A stretch of DNA of 63,884 bases, counting the filler, from Thraustochytrium aureum (Eukaryota), in the NCBI GenBank assembly GCA_012862495.1. It is 6 parts of 5 records of this genome, joined end to end, with 100 filler letters (N's around TTAATTAATTAA, not from the genome) between each part and the next. Parts side by side here need not be neighbours in the genome. Positions count along the whole stretch, not along the records: positions 41,596 to 48,689 come from BLSG01000022.1; positions 48,790 to 59,711 come from BLSG01000025.1; 4 more parts are not named here. One strand, 5' to 3'. The position numbers were made by a program, and so were the translations under genes. Below the pieces are notes generated by a model. The model saw only the letters and a program-made list of their open reading frames with translations. It ran no database searches and had not been told where the DNA came from. This document shows positions 43,796 through 53,772 of the stretch, one piece after another. Numbering within the stretch: position 1 is the first letter of the stretch; each line of letters starts with the position of its first letter.

Positions 43796-45001
43796 ATGAT
43801 GGCGGCTGTTGGCGCTCGCGAGACTGGCGACGGCGGCGAGGAGGACGAGCTGGGTATTCTGATGGCGAGCGGAAGGCGGCATGCGGAGAATAGGGCCGCG
43901 TCTGGGCCGAACAGGGCGGGACGCAGGAGCTCGACTTGGGACGATCCGCTAGCTGAGGTGGGCTGGCTTGTGTCGAGGGTCTCGGCGCTCTCCCTCGCGC
44001 TTGTCGCTGCCACAGCGATATGGCTTGTGATCGCGTCGGCGCCGATGCTGCGCGCACGGGCGTCAAGGATCGAAAAGCGTGAACTCTCTGTCGCCAACCC
44101 GTCCTTCCCCAAGGCCGTCGACCTCCTGCCGCTCGGCGTTCGTGCCGCGCCTGCTTTACGCTTGGTCGAGCCTGGCGTGGAGCGCGTACGCTTGAGCTGG
44201 GATCAGAGCGCTGCTCAGACAAGCCTGCAAGCCGCCTATGGCGTTCACCTCGTTGGGTGTGGAACCCGGGCATCGACCGGGTTTCTGGGACGAGCCAAGG
44301 GGACGCCTGCAAAGGCAAGCCAGCTGCGCCATGCCTCCCACGGCATTGAGGCTGCGCTCCTGACGAGCCTTGGGGGAGCTATGTCGCGCTCGCCTTCTGT
44401 CCGCAAGGCCAAGCAGTAGTAAGTTGGGCTTGCAAGCAAACTACCGATGTTGGGCCCCGCGGTCTGCGCTGTGCTGACGCGCAACCGAAACGGGCCGCAG
44501 CACGCCGCTTCGTCGCTCGTTGGCGGCTGTCACCTGCTCGTTGCGCTCTTCCAGGATGTCGCGCTGGGCAGAAAGCTATGGCAGAGACGGTTGCGGTCGC
44601 ACAACTCTACTCGTGTTTCTGCGCGCATGGCTGCAGCGGCGCTTTTGCTGTTGTGCGCGCTGCTCTCCATTGCCAGAGGTGTGTTGACCGTGGGTCGTCT
44701 GCAGCTTGGGGCGTTCCCGCCACTCTCCGCGCTATCAGCAGTGTGGCTTGCCGCGGCCTGGGTTCGCCCTGGGGTTGCGCCCAGCGCGAGCGAGCACTGC
44801 CAGCTCGCGCGCCTTTCGCTTGCCGATCTGGCTGCTGCGAGCGCGCTGCTTTCGACGGCCGTCTTGTGGTCCGGTGCCACGCATGCTTACGAGCACTCGT
44901 CTGTCCTGGGGACGCATCAACTCTACGTGGTTTTCTCGGCGTCGTTCCTGGCGTTGCGGGGCGCATCACTGGAAGCCAAACTGCGGGCCTCGAAGCTGTA
45001 A
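43796..45001 (+). CDS. Hypothetical multi-pass membrane protein (two ORFs, probably one gene with an indel)
   Basis: Hydrophobic segments in ORFs 43790-44419 and 44447-45001; family not recognised. Confidence 0.45.
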
Positions 45002-45212
45002 ACAAACGCCGAGCAGTCTGGAGTTGTAGTAGGTACTCTACTCGACTACCAACCACGCGGAAATGTAAAAATGCACGAACATGTTGGCAACCGCTTCTCC
45101 TGGGGCGCGCTTGACTTGAACCTCCTACTGGAAGCTATGGGCGGGCGTGACGCAGCCACCCGCCTTCATTGTTCTCAAGCCCGACCTCCGCCGGCCGCGG
45201 CAACTCATCTGA

Positions 45213-48200
45213 CCCGGCCTGTACTCACAAGACAACGAATCGCCCGCCGAGACAAAGTCAAGGCCGGCGTCTCCGGCGCGCGAGCTGCTCGAAGTGACAT
45301 CGTGTGTAGATGAAGTGCCGGTGCTTCCAGCAAAGTGCGCGCATGTACCGCAAGTAGACCAAGTACCTACTACATACTCNNNNNNNNNNNNNNNNNNNNN
45401 NNNNNNNNNNNNNNNNNNNNNNNNNNNNNNNNNNNNNNNNNNNNNNNNNNNNNNNNNNNNNNNNNNNNNNNNNNNNNNNNNNNNNNNNNNNNNNNNNNNN
45501 NNNNNNNNNNNNNNNNNNNNNNNNNNNNNNNNNNNNNNNNNNNNNNNNNNNNNNNNNNNNNNNNNNNNNNNNNNNNNNNNNNNNNNNNNNNNNNNNNNNN
45601 NNNNNNNNNNNNNNNNNNNNNNNNNNNNNNNNNNNNNNNNNNNNNNNNNNNNNNNNNNNNNNNNNNNNNNNNNNNNNNNNNNNNNNNNNNNNNNNNNNNN
45701 NNNNNNNNNNNNNNNNNNNNNNNNNNNNNNNNNNNNNNNNNNNNNNNNNNNNNNNNNNNNNNNNNNNNNNNNNNNNNNNNNNNNNNNNNNNNNNNNNNNN
45801 NNCGCTGCGGCTGGAGCGCAGGGGGCTTCCGTGCGCGAGCTGGCCGCTGGGGACCTTGTCGTGCCGCCGGTCAGCGAGTGGGCGACCGTGGTGGATCGGC
45901 TCATGAACGAGACGCAGCCGTGGGGGGGCGATGAAATCTACGACGAAGACAACCTTCCTGGCACGGATGCTGGGTACGCCGACGTGGCGGAACTGGCGCG
46001 TCGCCATGTACCGCAACTGCTCCAGACTGGCGCCGTTGACTTTGTCTGCGTGTCCCGCACGAGATGGATTGGGCGGAGCCGCACGTTATCGAGACCGTGT
46101 TTGTCCTGGACGCACGCGGCGCTGCCATATACGTTGCAAACCTGCAGCCTGGCGCGGACATCGTTGAAGCAAAGTTCAGCCACAAAGCCAATGTCGGCGA
46201 GATTTTGGTGCCGTTCTCGTTCTGCAACAAGCACGGCTTGTGGGCTGGGAACGAGCTCCTGGCCGTGGACCCTGTGAGCTGGAACGCGACGAGCGAGGCC
46301 CTTTCCAAGCTGGAAGTCACAGAGGAGGAGTGCTCGTCAGGCGGCTCGCCCAGTCGCTTCGTGCTCGACGAAAAGGCCGTCCTCTCGTTCCGCTTGCTTG
46401 GAAGCACTTTCTTGGCCCTGTCCTCGGAGCTGGAGGAACCAGCATACCTCGAGCTCAACCTCGAGATAGCGCTAGAGTCTTTCATCGGGATCGGGTTCAA
46501 CACCAGGATGACGCCGACAGACATCGTTGCCTGCGCGCACTCCGGCGATCAAGTATGGTGCGACGACTTTTTTGCAATCGACCGTGTGGACGGCCCGCAA
46601 CTTGACACTGCCCTTGGCGGCAAATCCAATGTCAAGATGGTCAACACCACCTCCGTCCCGTCTGGGCTTGTCAAGGGCAGGACTATGTCGATCGTCGCGC
46701 GAAAAGACCTTCGATTCCCAGACCCGCGCTTCGACGCCGTTTTGCAAACCGGGAAAGGCGAAATCCAGCCTCTTATCTTTGCACTGGGCAAGTTGAATCC
46801 GGGCAGGTCAGAGTCCCTCGAAGCGGGCGATTTCCTCTTCTACCACGGCCTTGACACGCGTGGATACCTCACCGCCGCGCTGAGGGACAGCGGAGCGATC
46901 GGGTCGTGCTCGACTTCAACAGAGCGGGATGATCGAGACCTGCAGATTATGCACGGCGTATTGATGTACTTGCTTTGGGCCATCAACATCACAATTGGCG
47001 CCATTTTGGCGCGCTACTGGCGCAAATCGACGTGGTGGCTGGGTGCCCACCGCGCTCTCCAGAGCATCGGCACGATCATAACGATCCCGGTATTTTACCT
47101 CACGTTCAAGTGGGAGAAACAAACCTCGTCGCCGCACCGAATCATTGGCAAAGTGATTGTGTATACGTCTTGGTTTCAGGCCGCGATGGGTACCATTATG
47201 TACCGCTCCTCCCAGTTCTCCAAACAGTGCCTCAGGGAGGTGGCCGCAGGCGAGACCTCGCTTTCCGACAAGGCGCGCGCCGAGCTCTGCAACATCGGAA
47301 CCTTTGGCGACAACGGCAACATGGAACTCTTTCGCAACTACTACAAGCATCGCGACAGCCTGGATCCGACCGTTCGCGGCGAGATCGACCTCTACCTCCG
47401 CCAGTTTTTCGAGCGCCTTGCCATTCCCTGCGTGCCTGCTTCCTGGGTGCTCCACGTCGCCGTTCACTTTCGCCAGCGGTTTGCGCGCCCCGTGCACCGT
47501 CTCCTCGGGAGGGTGCTGCCCATGGTGGCATTCGTGCAGATATTCTTCGGGGTTGCAATTATCGAGGCAAACCAAGTCGTGAACGACATGTTTATTGGGT
47601 GGACGGTGCTGATTGTCGTTTTGGTGGTCTACAAGGAGCTCGAGCTGCAGCTCGACCTGCCGCACACCTTGTCTGGCAAAGCCGCCTGGCTGCGCCGTGT
47701 TCTCTCGGACGCGACTTGCTGCCGTTGCTTTCGCAAGCATGGCTCGAAGGCAAAGCAGAGGATGGAACTCTCGAACGCGCCAAGCGTGGCGGAAGCAGCT
47801 CTGTCACAGCGTTCACCAAGCGCAGGTGCTGAGCGGGAGCGGCGCCTGACGCCCCGCTTGCATGCAGCGAACCGCAGCGCTTCAGCAGAATCTGTCGTCG
47901 TGGATGATCGCAGCAGTTCAGCCGAAGACGGGCAAGATTCGACGCACGCCAGCTCGAGTGCGGGGATTGCTCGGGCTGGCAAGAAACTGAGCGAGGAAAC
48001 GCGCCGTGCTCGTCTCGGTGCCAGCCCAAGTGGCCTCCCGCCGATGCAGTCGGGCTTGCCGAGCGAATTGTTGCTGGCGCCGTTGCCGGGGGGCGTCGAG
48101 CTTGACAGCAGTGCTGTTTCTCCGATGCTTGAATCTGGCGCCGACCTCGAGTCCCCAGCAACATCGAACGGATCGTTATCGCATCCTCAGAGCCCAGCGG

Positions 48201-48265
48201 CGTCGCCGACGTCGGGCCACACAATGTCGTTTGCCATGCCCTCCGACTCGCTTCATTTGTCATAG
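45213..48265 (+). CDS. Superoxide-reductase-like domain(s) + DOMON + cytochrome b561 (FRRS1-like) fusion; one indel near 46040-46055; start uncertain, gap 45380-45801
   Basis: SOR ligands RHVP (46005), VPHEM (46058), PHVI (46082), FCNKHGLW (46223-46243). DOMON FIGIGFNTRMTPTD (Met 46508) and FYHG (His 46844). b561 His at 46952 (HGVLM), 47048, 47135 (HRIIG) and 47495 (HRLLGR). Confidence 0.85.
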
Positions 48266-48689
48266 AAACGGAGTGCCATGAAGAGGACGGAGGTGCGCAT
48301 GTACTCTACCTACAATTCAACTGAACAACCCCTGAACAGGCACTGTTTTCCTTTCCTATGATCCTGCCAACGACGATTCATTCAAGTCGGCGTTGTAGAT
48401 GTTGTACTCTACCTTCTTCTCCTTGTGCTGAGCTGGTACAACAGGTACAACACAAGAGACGGACGGCGCGACCTCGAAGAGTTGAATGACATCAAAGTTC
48501 CTGCAAAATCGTCGGCAGCGCCAAATGGCGACTCGCTGCGCCGTCGTCGAAAAGCTGCTAAATGATTTGGCGTGAATCGTTGTGTTTTTTGATTTGAGAA
48601 TGGAAAACCTACCTCCAAGAGCCCTGGCAAAGACGACCCGTCCGCAAACCCATCTCCGGGAGCAAGTTCAACGCAAAGTAGATGATAAA

Positions 48690-48789
48690 NNNNNNNNNNN
48701 NNNNNNNNNNNNNNNNNNNNNNNNNNNNNNNNNTTAATTAATTAANNNNNNNNNNNNNNNNNNNNNNNNNNNNNNNNNNNNNNNNNNNN
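48690..48789. other. Artificial scaffold linker
   Basis: N44-TTAATTAATTAA-N44. Confidence 0.97.
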
Positions 48790-49705
48790 TCTAGAGGGTA
48801 CCCTTCGTGATCCAGGCCACTGGTGCCTGGGGCACGCAGGCTTCTGCTGGCTATCTCCGGCTGCTCCACCAAGCGGTTGGTTTCTTGGTGCAACTATTTC
48901 GGTCCGAGGGTCGTCGTAAACAAGTTTGTCACGGACGTCTCGTGTCGACATCGCAAGTCAGGTTCTTCGCCATCTTCAGACTTTTGGGGGTCAGTCTGGT
49001 TGGTTCTCTGGGGGCTCTTCAGCACGCGATTCCGTCGCGAGCAGAGATGTCCCGTCATCAATAGCTGCCTCAAACCGGTGCAAGCGGCCAATAATTCACT
49101 ATCTGGTTTCAACGCTCGAAGCCAATAATTCAAGCTTCCGTGGGATGGGCAGGGCCCGCTGAATCTGAATTTTGCTGCAGACCGGTTCTTGTAGAATTCC
49201 AAGGAAACGGTTCGCGTCGCCGTTTGCTTCGTTTTGTCTACAGAAAAAGGTTCGCATCGCCGTTTGCTTCCATGTTTGACGCGTCCAAAGTGGGAGAGCC
49301 CTGGCAACTGTGGTGTCCCCCAACCCTGTTGCGGGACGCAACCGTCGCGCTGCAATGGGCTGGCATCGAGACTCGCTCGGCTGGCGCCCAGCGAGCGAGG
49401 CTCAAAGTCAGTCTCTCGTATATCCCAGGGGGTCCGACCGGTGGCGGTGGCGCGGTGATCGATCGGTGCGCCTGCCTGACTTGGGCCCGCGCTGTCCAAG
49501 TTTGGACAGGGCGCTGCGGTTTGCAAGCGAGTCGGGCCGGCCTCCGGCGGAGTCCCGTCTGCAACAAACAAACCCCTCTGCCTTGCCTCAGGCGCCTGCG
49601 TCGCGGCCGACAGGGTGGCGGTCTCTTGACCAAGCAGACGCCAGGCCGAGGCTCGGTCACCGCCGTCTTGACGCGTGAGCGCCCAACCAGCCAGCCAGTC
49701 AGGCG

Positions 49706-50665
49706 ATGGAAGACCACGCCAGCGCCCGGAGCAGCCAAAGCAGGACTTTGCCACGCCTGCGGAGAGCGCCAGTGAGGAGAGCGACGTTGCTACTGTGGAC
49801 TCTCGCTGCGTTCCTGCTGCCGTGCGCAGCGTCGAACGAGTGCAGCTCGTTTGAGCGGCAAGTGGACGGCGTCACAGTGACGTGCAGTGGACATGGTACT
49901 TGCACATCTCAGACGAAGCGATGCAAGTGCGAGACGGGATTCGGCTCCGATGAAGAGTTTTCAACGCGACTACAGCCGCCGCTTCCCGCCCCAGACTGCA
50001 GCGAGAAGATTTGCCCTTTTGGAAAGTCATGGAGCGACATTCCCACAGACGCAACCACCGCGCACGCCTCGGTCGAGTGCAGCGACCGAGGGACGTGCGA
50101 CCGCATACTGGGCGTATGCAAGTGCCTTCCTGGGTTCACAGGCGCGGCTTGCCAACTGCGCTCCTGCAAACTCAACCCCACCGAGGAGGACTCGGCCGAC
50201 TGCAGCGGCCATGGCCAGTGCCTTACGCTTGCCGAGGTGGCCGCAAAGCCGGACGCTCAGCCAATTAGCCGCGCAGACGAGTACGGAGGGTACCCGCTCA
50301 CGACGACTTGGGACGAGGACATGATCACGTCCTGCTATTGCGACTCGTCTTGGAGCGTGGGGTTGGACGCGGGACAAGTCCAGCTGTCAGAATACTTTGG
50401 CCCTTTTTGCGAGCGCCGCCGTTGCCCGAGCGGGGACGATCCGATGACTTCAGAGGACGAGCGTGACTGCGAGAACAAGGTCCAGGACCCAATATGGGGC
50501 TCCACAACCGAGGACCTTGTTGGCGGGGGCTCAGCTGGCAACTTGTGCCACGTGGATTGCTCGAATCGAGGGATATGCAACTACGATTCCGGGGTGTGCT
50601 CGTGCTTCACCGGCTACGCCGGCGAGGCTTGCAATAGGCAGGATGCGCTCGCGGGAGGGAGCTGA
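49706..50665 (+). CDS. Secreted EGF/tenascin-like protein of the stramenopile Sig/Ocm (mastigoneme-related) family
   Basis: Signal LLLWTLAAFLLPCAAS; CPFGKSWSD...AHASVECSDRGTCDR, CSGHGQC, TWDEDMITSCYCD, CPSGDDP, CSNRGIC. Confidence 0.8.
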   Translation: MEDHASARSSQSRTLPRLRRAPVRRATLLLWTLAAFLLPCAASNECSSFERQVDGVTVTCSGHGTCTSQTKRCKCETGFGSDEEFSTRLQPPLPAPDCSEKICPFGKSWSDIPTDATTAHASVECSDRGTCDRILGVCKCLPGFTGAACQLRSCKLNPTEEDSADCSGHGQCLTLAEVAAKPDAQPISRADEYGGYPLTTTWDEDMITSCYCDSSWSVGLDAGQVQLSEYFGPFCERRRCPSGDDPMTSEDERDCENKVQDPIWGSTTEDLVGGGSAGNLCHVDCSNRGICNYDSGVCSCFTGYAGEACNRQDALAGGS

Positions 50666-51256
50666 GCAGTCAGTCCTTCCTTCATCACCGACCGACAGCA
50701 GAGTTTTAGCGGCGCACTCCAGGAAAGCAAATGCTGTCGAGACTCTAGCTAGCTAGCTAGAGCCAAGAGCAAACTACTAAGCAGTAGAGTCAGTAGAATA
50801 GTTATCTCTGCGCGTTTTCTCGTTCAACCCAGCAAGCGTGCAGCGGCGCGTCGAGGCTCGAAGCGAGTCCGCGCAGCGCCCAGCTCAATTGGATTCGGAA
50901 TTTTTGGCGAACAACCGGAACGGAAGCGAACAGCCGGCAGCGAACAAGTAGGCGAAGGAGGATACTCCGTTGTCAGTAGGCAGAGCCCTGAGCAGCGATC
51001 GCAGCGGCGCGCGGGCGAGCCACCGAGCCTGACCAGCTCACGCACGGACAGCACGAGCACAGGCGCAGTGGCGCGCAAGCGAGCCCTGCGTCCCAGCCGA
51101 ACCGCTCACTGTCGCACAGGGCAACGTCGCGGGACTCCAGACCGACCAATCCGAGGCGCCTCGGAAAGCCAAGTGCAGACAGCGCGAGCGAGAGAGCCAG
51201 GCGCCCAACACAGGACCTTGGGAAGGTGCTCTTCGGATCTGCCGTTTTTTGCAGCG

Positions 51257-51348
51257 ATGGACTTTTCACACGGTTACCAGCAGCAGCAGCCACTCCACCT
51301 GCCTCAACAGCCGTTCCAACAGCAGCAGCCCAGACTGCAGCAGCCGTT

Positions 51349-51380
<32 letters not shown>

Positions 51381-53379
51381 GTTCCATCCGCAGCAGCAGC
51401 AGCAGCAGCAGCAGCCGTTTCACTCGCAGCAGCATTTCCACCAGCCGGCGCACTTCGACCCGACGCAGAGCACGACCTATGGCTCGCCGCAGTTCGCTCA
51501 CCAGCCTGCAATGACGCAGCAGCAGCCGCAGAAACAAGAGCGCGGCGCACCGTCCGCGGCCCCAACCGCTCCGCCGCCGCAGCAGCAGCAGCAGCAGCAG
51601 GGCGGGCAGGGACAGCGTCAGGTGACGCAAGCATCTATCGATGCAACGGTGTTCGCCTCAATCCAGAAGGAAAAGTCGATTGTGGTCCCGACCATGGCGC
51701 AGCAAACGATCGAGGAGTTCAACAAACGCAACATGGAGCGCATGGAGCGCATGTCGCTTGCCGCCGGTGGACAAGCCGCGCCTGCGAAAAGCACAAACCC
51801 GTTCGACGCCATTGCCGGCGCATCCCCTGACGCGCCAGCTACGTTGGAGCCCTTATACGGCATGCATCAGCCCCAGCGCAATGCTGCGCAGGAAGCGAGC
51901 CAGCTCGTCGGTGTGCTCGTCGGGCTGCTGAAGAGGAGGCGCGAGCAGATGGGGCCGGGAGCAGAAGCCGCGCAGATCGGAGAGCTCACCGGGCAGATCC
52001 AGGATGCAACTGGCAAGAGCTGGAGCGGATATTGGGAACAGGTCCACGGGCTGCTTGCCGACTTTGTCGGAGCGCACCCAGAAGCCCTGACTCTGATCCG
52101 GAACAAATACGTCGTCCTCAAAGGGTTTGAGCACGAGGCAAACGTCCCAGAGCTGCAGCAGCAACACCCGAGCTTTGAGTCTGCAGCTCCGTTCGGTCAG
52201 TACGACCAGTTTGCCCCGCCGAGCGGATTTGGTAGCGGGTCTTTCCAGGACGCCGGGCCCTCGTACGGCGGGTATGCCCCGCAGCAACAACCAGTCGACA
52301 TGTACGGACAGTATGCTGGGCCGTCGTCCTCGTACAGCATGCCGCAACAACAGCCGATGCCGCAGACTGGGGCCTTTTACGGGGCCACCGCGAGCGACGC
52401 GGGCAACCCGTTTGCCGCACCGGCTCCTGCTCCGATCTACAACCCGAGCGCTTATGCGATGCCGACCTATGCTGATGCTCAAGCGCAGTTCCCAAACGTG
52501 CCTTTTCCTCACAACCCGATTCCTGCGCCTAGCCTGCCTGCGGCTGGTCTGGATGACGACTGGGTCTTATTCGACGACGCGAGCGTGAACGCCCCGCTTG
52601 CCAACCCGTTCGACCAGGGCCTCGGGGACCCGTTCGGGTTTGGTGCGGACTCGTTCTCCACGATGCCCGCCAGCTTTAGCGCCAGCCTAAGCGACAACCC
52701 GCTGGCTGCGTTTGAAGGGGCGAGCTCGGACGACCAACAGCGCGAGGAGGAGGAGCGGAAAGCGCGCAAGGCCAAGAAGAAGGAGGAGAAGCGCAAGAAG
52801 AAGCAAGAGTCCGAGGATGAAGCTCTCGCTCGCAAGCTCCAGGAAGAGGAGGACGCTCGCGCTGCAGCGGCCGCCGGAGGTGACGCGTCCGCATCTGCTG
52901 CGAGCAGCTCGGCTGGGCCAAGCGGCCCGAGGACGCCGCTCTCGCACCCCGAGCTCCGCGAGCTGGCCGAGTCTGAGATTGGCAAGGACAACGTCCGCAT
53001 CTTGGCCGGGTTTTCGGTGATCAAGTTCGGGCGCGAGGGGCGCCCGCACCAGCGCAAGATGTGGATCAACTCGTCGCTGACGCATTTGGCCTGGGAGAGC
53101 GCGCAGTTTGATGGGTCTCACCGCGGCCTGGAGCTCGGCAAAGTGGTGGGCATCCGCGTCGGCGAGATGACGCCGACAATCAAGCGGTCCACCAAGGACT
53201 ACCGCAAGGTCAAGAACCTCTGCTTTTCCCTGGAGACGCACGCGCGCACGCTAGACCTCCAGGCTTGCAGCGTGATCCAGCGCGACGCCCTTGCGGCGGC
53301 CCTGAAGCGCGTTGTGGAGTTCAACCACAAGCACAAGCCGCGCCGCATCGACAAGTTTCGCACCGAGATCATCCTGTAG
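51257..53379 (+). CDS. PolyQ/NPF-rich protein with ubiquitin-binding-like helix and C-terminal PLC-type PH domain (indel near 51349)
   Basis: ATG 51257 MDFSHGYQQQ; three NPF, DPF, DDDW; EDEALARKLQEEE; PH KFGREGRPHQR...CFSLETHARTLDL. Confidence 0.8.
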
Positions 53380-53772
53380 AGCGGTCTGGTCGAGCAGCGC
53401 GTAGAAGGAGCGAGCCCAGTCTCGGCGAAAAGCGAAAAGAAAGAATCAAAGTGAGTATGATGGAATGAACATGAAACGTACTCCTCGAGTACGCTTGCTT
53501 CAGAGGGGCGAGCGCGGTCGACCCTGCCAACGCGGCACCCGCCCCACGCCCCTCATTACAAAGCGAGACAACTGCCGCGTGGCGGCAGTGAGCGCAACAG
53601 GGCAGCCTATTTTATATAGTTGTGAGCGCAGCCGCAGCGCTGCGCGCGAATACAGTGGGTTGTGTCCATGGAGGCCGCCCCCCCCACCCCTTCGACCAGC
53701 ACGCGCCAGGGGGCTCGGCCCGCTTGCGGCGCAACGCTGCGGAGGCAGATGGAAAGCCGACCGCCCAGCGCC

